Positions 28,001 through 39,501 of a DNA stretch of 64,000 nt are shown here, piece after piece. Under the pieces are notes generated by a model, which was not told the DNA's origin, did not search any database, and was given only the letters and a program-made list of their open reading frames with translations. Within the stretch, counting starts at the first letter, position 1, and each line of letters starts with the position of its first letter. The translations under genes were made by a program, and so were the position numbers. The stretch spans positions 375,614 through 439,613 of the forward strand of contig NW_002060944.1 of assembly GCF_000150275.1 (NCBI RefSeq). Direction: 5' to 3'. The stretch is from Trichoplax adhaerens. Lineage: Eukaryota; Animalia; Placozoa.

Positions 28001-28649
28001 CATTTGCGTAGGATTTAACTCAACTCTTTACGCTTATATACGTATTTTAGTTTAGGAAAGTAGCTATTTTTCTTGTTACAACTGATACATATTTTAAATA
28101 CAACCGAAAAAATCTAGAGTTACTTGGTAATTTATTTGTAATAGACTTTTATTTTAGCAGTCGCTAGTAATCTTACATTGTAACAATGCAATTTTATTAC
28201 ATTGAATAATTGAGTTATCATGTAAATCAACTGAAATTATGCTATGTAAGGACTTTTGCTAATTTCTAGCATCGAAATATTAGTAAAATTGACGCAATTA
28301 TCTTCACTAGATGTTTGATATGGGTCCTAGTCTGGCTTTAAAAATATTCTATGGCCAATTCTGCTATCCTACTGTACCTATATCGGAGTCGAGTATCGCA
28401 TGGTGCAATAACGAAAGGTACCTAGCCGTTTATAATTACCATGGTTTGCAACTCTATGATATACATCAGGAGACCTGGTGCTATGCCATTGAAACGGATT
28501 ACGTTAAAAAATATGCGAGAAATAGTAAAGACACTCCAAACTCTGATTATATTTACCTCAAGTTGAGCGATAGAAACATTCTAATGTGTAGTCAATCGAG
28601 AAATTGCTACTTTATTAAGCTCATTTATTTTCATCAACGCAGATTTTGA
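675..28649 (+). CDS. Giant Apaf-1-like protein, about 80 exons and roughly 3,400 aa: CARD-like / long low-complexity insert / winged helix / helical domain HD2 / degenerate WD40. No P-loop NBD is visible.
   Basis: Manual splice reconstruction. Exon 675-1089 ends in phase 1 (CAAG|gtaaaa). About 65 open AG...G/A|GT exons of 3n length follow, from 3745-3840 to 21899-22000. They join in phase 1 to exon 22105-22309, and phase-consistent exons continue to TGA at 28647-28649. AATAAA lies at 28787-28792. That this is a single transcript is inferred from phase continuity. Confidence 0.65.
3745..22000 (+). CDS. Array of about 65 symmetric phase-1 exons encoding a S/N/K/D/E-rich, probably disordered region; includes one 1188-nt exon (15014-16201)
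   Basis: Open 3n exons translated by hand include 3745-3840 (96 nt), 4014-4124 (111), 4823-4942 (120), 5015-5134 (120), 5619-5771 (153), 6151-6240 (90), 9337-9378 (42), 12737-12856 (120), 14053-14202 (150), 14508-14669 (162), 16320-16460 (141), 21234-21383 (150) and 21899-22000 (102). All have canonical acceptors and phase-1 donors. Confidence 0.75.
11144..11281. repeat. Intronic degenerate minisatellite, 46-bp period, about 3 copies
   Basis: Units start at 11144 (tcttcagattaggaaataagcttt), 11190 (tcttcagattagcaaataagttat) and 11236 (tctttgaataagtaaaaagtttt). Confidence 0.7.
22105..23748 (+). CDS. Apaf-1-type winged-helix and helical (HD2/APAF1_C-like) domains; exons 22105-22309, 22729-23035, 23561-23748
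   Basis: LSVFKSSANIPVSLISILWQEHPSVVRNEI resembles the Apaf-1 WHD (LSILQKDVKVPTKVLCILWD). DDGYMYQHIIEHA...LLNDIKWISAKIKACGNIMTLLKDY resembles Apaf-1 HD2 (YWYNFLAYHM...LDWIKAKTELVGPAHLIHEF). FFRRHGAFV...NLIQFVL resembles FLSLNGHLL...NIVQLGL. Exon phases (2, 0, 2) are consistent. Confidence 0.8.
22447..22523. repeat. Intronic tandem duplication of about 38-39 bp
   Basis: ttttaaatgagaggaatgttctaaatgcacttactgcc is followed by ttttaaatggcagaaaatattctaaatgtacttactgca. Confidence 0.7.
23874..28649 (+). CDS. Degenerate WD40/beta-propeller region, about 12 exons and about 750 aa
   Basis: Motifs ISPNGQIVAF, LEFSPAQQISLVCW, HAHDIQFCQFHENGTKLVTYS and IAWCNNERYLAVYNYHGLQLYD. Phase-0 introns fall before VW/AW/LY/IY strands. 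The region sits after HD2, as in Apaf-1. Confidence 0.65.
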
Positions 28650-31600
28650 GCTCATGCTTAGGTAATTAATGTTGAACATATTATTCAGTCCGTTTCCTAT
28701 ACATTTGTGAAGATAGTATCATTCGGGAACAGTTTGCTTATTATTTTTAACTTGATAATCTTCTAAACCAGTTGCATGGGCTGCAAAATAAATGTACCAG
28801 ATATAAATGCCTAACTGTCAATATTTATAGCTGGTAACTGTTTATATTTGATAATGTTTAAAACTAATGTAAATAATCAATACTGATTAATACTATGGAA
28901 TTACTCATTTATCTAATTTTAGCAGTTAGTACAAAAATAGCTCCGTAATTTTAAATTAAAATAGATTTCCGAAAATGTGATGAACGAATATACTTGTGTG
29001 TTATCGAAATAAGTATATCATATTATTGTCTCAAAATGACTTTAAATTTCATGTAACAATTTTCCTTTGCTGCGATCAAAATATTTCTCGTGTTATTTAT
29101 TACTCTAATATTACAGGTTTAGAATTATTCAAATCCGTAAAATATAGTATCTAGCCCTTTACATTTAAAATATGATAATATGACAATATTATAATTATTA
29201 AACTTTAAATCGCTCAAAATTTCGACTATACTAACTAGGACGTAAATAAACGTAGGTTTATATTTCTTTCGGAAATCCTCTTTGTTCATTTTTACACTGT
29301 TTGATCTCTGATTCGTAAGTTCATTTTTTATCTTTGACAGTCTGACATTTCAAGGCTGCAATAATAATAAATAACACAAGCTATTTTCGGCTAACTTGTA
29401 GTTTAATGAACACCAAATTATATTTCGAACTCTATAATGCAGACAGCTAGTTAGAAGTTTTTCTTTTGCGTTATACAATGAACTATCACATAATCTATTA
29501 CCTTTAACTGTTTATGACGAGCTTAGGGAGTTAAAAAACTAATAAAACTTCTACTATACCAAAACATAGTTGGTTGAATAAGTAGTGTGTTGGCTAATGA
29601 TGTGGTTTCTTTTGCGCTATACGATAGACTACCTTTTCATTTGCTAAATTCAGCTGTTTATTTCAATCTCAAATAGTAGCAAAAAACAATAATATCTTTA
29701 CTGTACTAAAAATATTGTTGGTTAGACAAGCAATTTGATTACTGCGGATATTCTTTAAAGTTCTGATTTTTTTCTTATAACCAAAGGTTTAATTTTCACG
29801 GTATACTTACGAATATTAAGGTAAACTGAAGAATCCCAGCATACTGAACACGATTATTTTTCTATTAAAGTCATTTTCCTATTCATCTTCATTCGTATAA
29901 ACGTGAACCCATCAGCAGTAGAATTTGAAAATCTTTGCCCTATAGGTTTTAGTTTAATACATTATTTATTTCCTAGATGTAATACAGTAATGCTACAAAT
30001 ATCGAAAAGTAGAGATGTTTTAAAGGTTACAAAAGTGAAAAGCTAAATGCTTAACTATATAATTTATTAGTCTTGTCTACATGTTAATTATTTTATGCTA
30101 TTACTCAGTAAACATAAGATACTAAATAGGAGTTTAGCCTCACATGTGAATAGGTTCAACATGTTCTGATCATTTATCTTTCATATACATCTATGACAAG
30201 ACAGTAAAAATTATATAAAATAAAACTACTTTAAAGCACTTGATGATGAGAAATTATTACAGAACCAGTACAGCATTTAGTTGGCTCTAAATCAACCGAT
30301 AACAGTAATTAGTTTCTTGATGTTTTTGAATTGTTATAGTATTAGTATTGCTCTAGGATTAATTAGCTGAAGTTACTAATTGCAACAGTGATATTTGCAT
30401 CCTTTACTCAAGCATTTCCAATGAATTTATACTAATTAATGAGTTAAAATAAAATATAAAGTAATCAATTAAGATGGTTTTAGTCACTTCTTAAACATCC
30501 TTAAATTAGCGTAAATTTTGCGATATTTGTATGCTCGAATGTTAACTTAATTTGAGATATATATAGATAATGTTCACATTTATTATTTTTACCTATGCAC
30601 TCTGATTTTATTACGCTTTCAAAGCAACGTAGGAACAACGAATTCCTATCATTTCTTGTGAAAAATATATAAATACAATCACTTAAACGCCCAACAAACT
30701 ATCATATTTAATCCCTAGTATTGTTGAGAATATTGATCTGAGACAGGCTGATCATCTAGAGCACCAACTAATAATGCACCCACATTACAAGGCTCACCTA
30801 TTAAGGAAAGAAGATGCAGAAATTTAGGATCAAGGAAAGAGTATCTAGAATCAGAATATCGAAAATCAGAATTTGTCTACGACAATCATCTCATATTACC
30901 TGTACCTACCTAATGTCGATATCTCATCTCCTAACGACTCCAAGATCGGATTTTTACCGTTCATGCTTTGATTACTTCTGCTACTTGATCTTACTGAATA
31001 CCAATTGGAAAAGACAAATAGTCAAATTTTAGATATTTCTTCAAAACTAATTGTTGATGCTGATCTAGCAGCACCTTTTCAATAAAGGTAATAAGTTCAG
31101 AAGTTCCAACATTACTACTGGTAGAAAATAACTACGTTACCTGTAGAATTTCTACCGCTCTCTGTATGAGAATTGTCCACCACTGATATACTACTTGTAC
31201 CTATAGAATATAAGAACGCATCATGATAGAGGATAAAAGTCAATAAAATGAAAGTTGGATTAAATGAGCGATTTCATGACCTCGTTGTTGATGACATGAT
31301 ACTGTATAATTAAATCAGAGACTTTATCTGTATTCATATTGCAAATTCCTCTTAACAATCACTAACTTCATGTAGTTAGCTAAATAATAAACATCTACCA
31401 CACATCATACAACACTGAATAACTTTTACTCGAGATATAAACAGAACTAAATACTATTCCATGCAAACAGCGCTTAGTAAACGCCACAAATTATAAAGTT
31501 CCGAATTGATTTTCGCATCAAAATACAAAATGTAATTGAGTACTATATTTATATAAGCACATCTGTAATATTCAATTTTTAAATTTAATGTCATTGTAGC

Positions 31601-31786
31601 CTTAAATGCTCTTATAGATGAGAGGAGTGAGAGCTAATAATAATTATTGACTATAATAACTTGCCCACAAAAAAATTAAAGCCGAACTTAACACAAAGAT
31701 CTATAGCTTCCAATATTGGTGATAGTAATGTATCAGATTGAAAATGTGTAGTGAGGCTAATGCTAGCGAGAATACATTCGGAAAAT

Positions 31787-33159
31787 TCAGCGTAAAGATT
31801 TGAACGAATCAAAGCATCCATTGAATTCTGAACTATCTTTTATTAATAAATTGTTAAAGTCTATCTAATTCATTTGCCATCATATCGATATTAAGTTTAT
31901 AAGTTACGAAATGATTATAAAAATCTCAGAAATAGCAAAATTCTTACATTTGGACTAATTACCTTCTGTTGAGCTTTGCTCTTCTCGTACAGATTGATTA
32001 CGTTGCGTTGGACGTGAATTAACATCACATTGTGCGTCTAAGTAAATAGGTAAACCGAAAAAGATATACAGAGAAACTGTAACATAATTCATAATGAGTC
32101 ATATTTATACTTGCAGACGCAGCACGATGACACATTTTCTCTACCAAATTCGTTTTTGATGTAGGGTTTGAGTTAAAAGCATTTTATCATTGGAAATTAT
32201 TTTACATTAGTATGCCTATCTCATAAAATATACTGGCTATGGATACTTCAGAATATTGAGTTATATATCAGAATATCTGTTTTATTCATATATATGTTAT
32301 ATTACTGTATCAACCGTACTTTAATGTAAAGTACTGTTTGGAGATGGCAAAGTGCATCGAGTGAGAAATCAAACTAATGGTGAAAAGTAAGCGCAAATCG
32401 AATCGTACATGGTATCCTTCAATAAAACACCTCATTATAGGATTAGGCTTAATTTCTAAAGCTTTCAAAAAACTTGTATCCTAATCTATCATGAAGGTTT
32501 GGCAAATGTAAGACTGAGAGATAAATTTATGGTTGATTATACATTCTCAAATTTCAGTAGACTGGAAATTCTCCAATTTTGACAGTACCTTCAAAGCTTG
32601 ATTCATCGCTACATTCGGATTCAGAATCCGACTTTTCGGCCCATCGCTCAATATCGGAGGTTTTTGCTACTAGAAAGGTAATCCGTGTCCATCGTTTGCC
32701 AGTGTTTTGCTTGTAATCTTTTAATACAAATTCTTCCTCTGATCCTGGTTTCGTGGTGATTTCATTAAAGTCAGGGTAAAGTAAAGCGTATTCACAAGAA
32801 TCGTCAAAATCACTATCTTTGGAAGTAATGTCTTTTAGAGCTCTCTCTAATATCATGTCTTTACTACTTGATGGCAAAAGTTTCACTTGTCTTGTTTTGC
32901 CCTTGATCTTTTTGAATTCATAGTTACTATCAAGAATAGCCTGACCAATATTAATTGTCACCTCTCTCTCTCCTTGCAACTTACATCTTTTAGCTTGTAT
33001 TCCCGATGATGATTGTTCTACAGACTCAATTTCATCGTCTGCATTTAGTATTGAGACTCTTGACAATGACTTATTCCCTTTTCTACGCAATAGAACTCCA
33101 CAATTGAAGCAGAAATTATGAAGTTCGCTTACAACGGATCGACAACTAGCACACAACAT
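31787..33159 (-). CDS. Zinc-ribbon plus probable ubiquitin-like (beta-grasp) domain protein; 3' end uncertain
   Basis: ATG at 33159 gives MLCASC...NFCFNCG (zinc ribbon), then VTINIG...KKIKGKT...YALLYPD...PGSEEEFVLKDYK..GKRWTRITFLV. I recall this pattern from invertebrate and fish proteins often annotated alongside G2E3-like HECT ligases. Phase-1 donor after 32589, open exon 32037-31963, candidate terminal exon ending with TGA at 31787. Further phase-1 exons lie at 31200-31141. Confidence 0.6.
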
Positions 33160-33790
33160 GCTTTCGCTACAAGATGCGTCTAATAACGAATAGAAACTAG
33201 CATAAGGGTGCAAGAGGAAATATATAGTAAATTTATGTAATAAGCTATTTAACTTTGCTCCCAATGTTGCTTGATTCCCGATTAACTTGAGAAATATTTT
33301 ATTTCCAATGGTTAATTTCATATAATTAATAAGATGGTGGCGCGCTAACAAAATTCACTTTGATCGAAACGCTTGTAATTTAAAGAATTGAAAATAGATA
33401 GATTGGCAATACTGTAGCCCTGATATTTTTCAGTAATTAAACGATGAATTCCAGTAGTATATGATACAATGCTATAGATATGACGGCGATGAGAAATTAT
33501 GATACGCAAGTACGTCTCGCGTTTATAATTGTGGGGCAATAATTCACTTTACTGGCTAGCATGCAATCATCCCTACCTACCTACGGTAGTACCTTATGTT
33601 TAAAAGATCATGTGCACAGATTAACTATAAATCACACTTTGCTGTACACCATCGCGTGTTTGTGCCATACTTTATGGTACACTGTACACCTTAATGTGGC
33701 AGAAATTTTCAAACACAAGACACACTGCACGGGAGCATTTGATTCTAACTAATCCAGTCTGGAGAACAGTAATGATCGTCTTATCCAAAA

Positions 33791-33840
33791 TAGGGCGGAA
33801 TAAAAAATGCCTTTACAATATTAGCAAGGGTGTAGGGCGG
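33791..33840. promoter_or_regulatory. Two GC boxes (TAGGGCGG) upstream of the zinc-ribbon gene
   Basis: Identical TAGGGCGG at 33791-33798 and 33833-33840 in an AT-rich background, about 630-680 bp upstream of the ATG at 33159. Confidence 0.35.
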
Positions 33841-36800
33841 CATAGAGAAAATCATTGAACTAAATTATTCATTAATTTTAATTTGGAGATCTCAACTATT
33901 GCTCCATTGCCCATCTATTACTAATACTGTACACAAGAATTGGCACCTCCGCCAAAACGATTGATCGGACTGCGTTCCATAATTTTGACTTTAAAACTAG
34001 AAGACTGTAATGTCCCAATATAAATTAAATCAGACATTCTTTTCAAAATTAATTAATTAAATTGGCAAAGTTACTCTGTAGAACAATGTCTCACTTAGAA
34101 ACTGTGCAATAGTATATCATGCGTTGGTCGGAAATAGGTTCTCGTGCCGTATATAGTTGATGGCAATCTGTATCTGATCTCTAAGAAAAATTCGTTCAAT
34201 CTTTGCTACGCTACTTGATCACGATTTCGAGAATTTTGTAACGTAGGAATTAACCTCCAAATAGAAACCATTTTTTTAATTCAACAATAAGTTACTAGGG
34301 TAACTTGGATGATGAACATTGGTCAAATTACAAAATCATAAAGTCTGGTATGAAGTATCCAATACCATCACCATGCACAGTCTTACAGTCTTTTTAGTAG
34401 CATGACGACGTTTCCATGCTAAAGCTAAATTACGAACATAGCACATGAACGGTTAGATGATCTATTAAATAGTGCAGATTAGAAAAACTTTCTGGGAAAC
34501 AAGTAGTTTGTAGCTGAATAATTGTGATGAGAACTATTTTCATAGGCGCACGGAACTGCTACAGAAGCCAAGTATCATCCAATGAAAGCTTTCAATGCAC
34601 ACTAAATGCAATTGCAGACTGTTTATTATTGAAAACCTTGAATTTGCAGAATAGCGAATCTGCAATTCTCTAATCAGTAGTACACAAGAAACAATGCTTA
34701 GAACTTTTGATTATCGAGTTCTACGATATCGCAATATTAGAATGGCGACTTTATTATTACAAAGAGGCATCACAGATCGACCGCTTACGAAGAAGCAAAC
34801 GTTTTTAAATTGAATCTTGGAATAATTTAGTTAATAAATAATCCTTTTTACTAGTTAAATAGGATTAACAAGATACGGATTTTGGTATTTGTTGCTAAAG
34901 TTTGCATATATCTTAGCGAGTACTTTAACTGTTAGCGTTTGATTTTAGCTTACATTATTTTCACGAAACCTTCCAACTCATAGTAACCGTAGAACAAATC
35001 GCAAGATCAGTCATGAACTAGCTAGAGAAGATAGAAATATCAAACTGTCACACTTGTGAAACTAAAACTATACCGTACTAATCTAATATAAGAAAGATTA
35101 GCCATGTCATTGAAAATTGTCGTTAAACATGTTCCGTCTTGCCAATTAGTAATTGATGATGATGGGAAATTGATAAAAACAAGATGCTAATCGATATCTA
35201 CTAGCCTACGTCTGTGGCAAGATGTAAAATTTTTGAACGACAAACACCTATATTCATTCAATATTTTCAACCTGTCATATTCTTTTACAGTACTTATTGT
35301 TTAGCTGGAAGATGCAAATCAACTAATGCATTAATCAAATGTTATCAAAGACTAGTTGTAGATAGTTTGTCAACCACCGATACTGGATCATCTAGGCCTC
35401 ATGTAATAAATGTAACTTTGACACGTAGAATCTGCATCATCTATTATTACATCAACAAAAAATTAGAATTAAAGATTGCTTTGTAGAATGGACCCGTATC
35501 AATGTCTCATCGTTTAAGTCAAGAATTCGATTAAGCGCTGTAAGAGGTGGAAATTCGCTAAGGGATTACGGCTCGTCCATTCTATTTATCTCGAACAAGT
35601 AATTTACAAACTACCGAAGGCAATTTACTGAAAGCGCTGATTTGTAATATTAGTTTATTAATGTATATTCTTAACATCATAATACAGTATATCCCATACA
35701 GGCAATGTTTTAGTGTCACCATATGAATACAGTAATGGATTTCTAGTTCTAGAGGCCATGATGAGGTTAATCTTCCAAACCCTGTAGAATTTTTCAATCA
35801 CGATAAATCGTATCAAACTATGTTTAGAGTATCAGGACCAAAGCGTAAAGTTTGGACCTGAGCAGTAATTGAGCGTTTTGGCAGGTAAAATGCTTCGATC
35901 TCGACAACTGAACTTGCAACTAAGGAGTGAGTCTCTTCATAATTTCCTTCAGCTATCTTATAATTGAAGATACGGCAAATCGCAGTAGTAATAATAGTAT
36001 ACAAAAATGCGTTTGTATTGTAGAGAGGTAATAAAGATTGCAATTACAGTAACACCTTTGTCACCGTAAGCTTTTAGATGTTGTAATTTGCTGTAGGGCA
36101 TTAGTGTTTAATGACGATCGCAAAAACAATGGCGATTAATGAATGCATTAAGCCAACAAGATATAATACTTTTATAACATAAACTATTAAATATATCTAG
36201 GTGAATCTAGTAGTTCATACCTATTACCCCCTTCAAAATACTTGGTAATTTTGTTTATTGCATGTTTTATTGTGCTTACAAGGGGAAATCTCTTTATTCA
36301 TCGTTTCACAAAAAGTCATAGATTAAGTTCATGGCGAAGGGCTGCCGAAATGCATATGAATCATGTAACAACAATACTAAACGGTAAAGCATGTAGCGGT
36401 CAATATTGCAAGTTGATCAAAGTAATAGTTAAGCCATTACTTTACTCTAGCAACTCTCATATATTATAGCCATCTTACTCTTGTGATCGTTACAAATACT
36501 TCACAGCATGAACTCACCTTTATCCCTAACCTTAAAATTTCACAGAATGACTTCCATTACGAATTCACCGGAGATTATTTCTCCAAAATTAATTAGTTTA
36601 AAAGATACATAAAGCTGCGTCTCGTTTTTGACTTTGTACAGAATAAGCTGTTCATGGCTATTACTTATGATGTAAATAATTGAATTGCCTTTGAACTTAA
36701 TCAATCATTCAAAGCTTATCGACTTCGGCTAGTTGTCATATTATTAGAATGTTTAACAGCCAGTATGAGTTCATTGACTTTTCCAATTTAAAATCCGAGA

Positions 36801-38193
36801 AAAATTCCCTAATAAATTAAACTAAATTAATCCATCATTACGTCTATGGTCTCGCAATTCCTACTATCTCATTCCCATTCTTAATTAAACACATTAATAT
36901 TTTTTAAAACGTTATTTTAACTTTCTTAAATAATTCTTTAGACATAAATACGACGATTGTCTTAAATTTTGTAATGTTAATTACAGTAGTATTAACGGAA
37001 GTTGGTGCTGCAATACAGTGTCGAGAAAAGAAAGTATTTTTGGGATAGATATTATTTCTAGTGAACTAATAAGATAAGTTCATGCCCTTTTCACTTTAGA
37101 GAAACTCAATAACTACAAGTCTACGTAATTATCGTATTAGAAAATTGCTAAACCAGCAGCTAGTATTATGCACTTTGATACAGCACGAAACATTCACGTA
37201 CTGTCACGGCATACTTCTACCAATTTCATTAAATTAATACGCTTCTCCATACATAAAATGATTACAGTATATTCGTATACTTTGATATTTTTTCCGTATT
37301 GATTAGTATAGCATGGAAATAAAAATGTCAATGTACTAATAACTAAAACGTGGAAATGATTTCTCCCTTACATTTCTTATAATATAGCGATGTTATGATC
37401 TGTAATTCTAAATTCTACTGAATATACATATTAAGGCATTTATCTACTACATTATTAAAGATAGCTTAAAATAGAGTGATCGCGATAAAGTAATTTGTCA
37501 GCAATGCTATTTATTTGGTTTATTAGGACTGTCATAATTATTCAGCACGTGATGTACAGAAAAATATAACAGCACATTTCATCGACTAATTCAGATAATT
37601 GGATTATAATTAAAAATAATTTATACGCAGAGCACAAATTAAATTTACCAACACATATATAATAGAACTAATCTTATTATTGCCTATCAATGCTACATTC
37701 ATTCAATCAGTTACACTATTTTCCCCTTTAGATTAGCATCGATTGAAATGGTACAAGTAGCTTAGAATCCATTTAATTATTGGACATTATTTATGGCATT
37801 ATGAAACAGCAAGAAATTTATAGCGTATAATTAATCAACTTCAATTTACAGAAATTCTATAACATACCTGTACCGAATAACATCTGCTTATATAATTTAT
37901 GAGTAATTTATATATTTATATCAATGATATAGATTAAAATATTCAGATCTGTTTTCCTTTCTAGTTTCTATTACCTCTATTTCAATAGGTACTCTATTTC
38001 TAAATTCTTTCTTTACTTCATTATAACAGTTTAGCTTATATATCAACTATAGCTTATAATGATAATGTAGCCGATCATACAGCAAATACACAAAGTAACA
38101 TTAAGTGTTTGTCATGAATGAATGGCTAAATTAAATTTCTAGGCATTTGCAAATAATCGATTTAACGTCTATTCCAATAAGGACCAATCGATT

Positions 38194-39501
38194 CTATACG
38201 TCTATTGAAATACTAAAATCTTCGCTATTTACTGCCTTACTATCGAGCAGTTTAGAGCGAAAATAGACAGCTCTCTGTAATATTTTACGGGCTTCTATAT
38301 ATTTTCCTTGCATTATGTGTATTGCGGCAATTTTTTTACAACTAGTAATAACAGATGAGTGATTTTCTGAATATATATTTGTTCGCGATTCCATGCTTTT
38401 TTTATAAAAATAAATTGCTTGATCATATTGACCTTGATGATAATAAACATTAGCAATATTTTCCTGGGTGATAACAACATATAAGCTTATTTCTCCTAAA
38501 ATTTGTACTTGAATAATTAGACATTTATTGTACATTGATAAAGCTTCTTTATATCTTTGTTGATGGAGGAATATACAACCAATATTATTATATGAAGTAG
38601 CAACATCTAAATTGTGGTCACCAAGTATCTCTTGTTGAATATTAAGTGATTTCTGATACATTAAAAGAGCGCCTCCATACTTACACTGACTGTCATATAT
38701 CCCACCAATGTTATTGTATGATATAGCTATATCGAGATTACTCTCTTCCAATGTTTGTCGCTGAATAGAAAGAGATTTCTGATACATAGCCAGTGCTTTA
38801 TCGAATTGAAATTGTCGATAATAGATACATCCGAAATTGTTATATGAATTAGCAATACTCAAGCTATTATCGCCGAAAATTTTTCTTTGAATTGTAGCAC
38901 ATTTCTGCAGCATTTCTATAGCATAATCGTATTGGTATTGGTGATAGTAAATCAGTCCAATATTATTGTAAGATATAGCAACATCTAAATGATCTATTCC
39001 TGGTAATTTAAGTCGAATGTGAAGAGATTTTCGATACATGGATAATGCTTCTTCAAATTGAGACATACGAGAGAGAACATAACCAATCTCGTGATAAATA
39101 TTAGCAACTTTCTGTTTTTTTGCTTTTGGTATTAGATCCAAACATTTCCTGTAATCATCTAACGCTTCTTTATACAATTCTTTCCTAGTCTTAATAAGTC
39201 CTTGATTATAGAAGCATTGAGCGAGACTTGATAAATCTTTCATTTTTTCAGCTATTTTTTGTGATTGAAAACAATTTGCTAAGGCCAATTCAAAACGAAA
39301 TTCTTCTCTAAAAGTAATGGAAATATCCAGATAAATATGAAATCGAAGTGGATTGTTTCTCCGATTAGTCAAACATTTAGTTAGATCCAAAGCTTGATTA
39401 AAACATTCCCGGGCTTGCTGATAATTTTTCTTGTGATAGGCCCGTTTACCAGCCTTTCGTAAGGTCTGAGCTTGCGAAAATAGAGTCTGTTGATTACCCA
39501 T
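38194..39501 (-). CDS. Intronless TPR-repeat protein (42-aa KLC/nephrocystin-3-type repeats), 435 aa
   Basis: Uninterrupted ORF with about 9-10 repeats of the A.SYNNIG.IY..Q..Y..AL.MYQKSL.IQ...LG type at 42-aa spacing. N-terminus is MGNQQT. Confidence 0.92.
   Translation of the reverse strand: MGNQQTLFSQAQTLRKAGKRAYHKKNYQQARECFNQALDLTKCLTNRRNNPLRFHIYLDISITFREEFRFELALANCFQSQKIAEKMKDLSSLAQCFYNQGLIKTRKELYKEALDDYRKCLDLIPKAKKQKVANIYHEIGYVLSRMSQFEEALSMYRKSLHIRLKLPGIDHLDVAISYNNIGLIYYHQYQYDYAIEMLQKCATIQRKIFGDNSLSIANSYNNFGCIYYRQFQFDKALAMYQKSLSIQRQTLEESNLDIAISYNNIGGIYDSQCKYGGALLMYQKSLNIQQEILGDHNLDVATSYNNIGCIFLHQQRYKEALSMYNKCLIIQVQILGEISLYVVITQENIANVYYHQGQYDQAIYFYKKSMESRTNIYSENHSSVITSCKKIAAIHIMQGKYIEARKILQRAVYFRSKLLDSKAVNSEDFSISIDV

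Noticed and set aside
32554-33351. ORF-track start at 33351
   Set aside because: The N-terminal part is intron-like. An acceptor before 33179 and the ATG at 33159 fit the zinc-ribbon start better.
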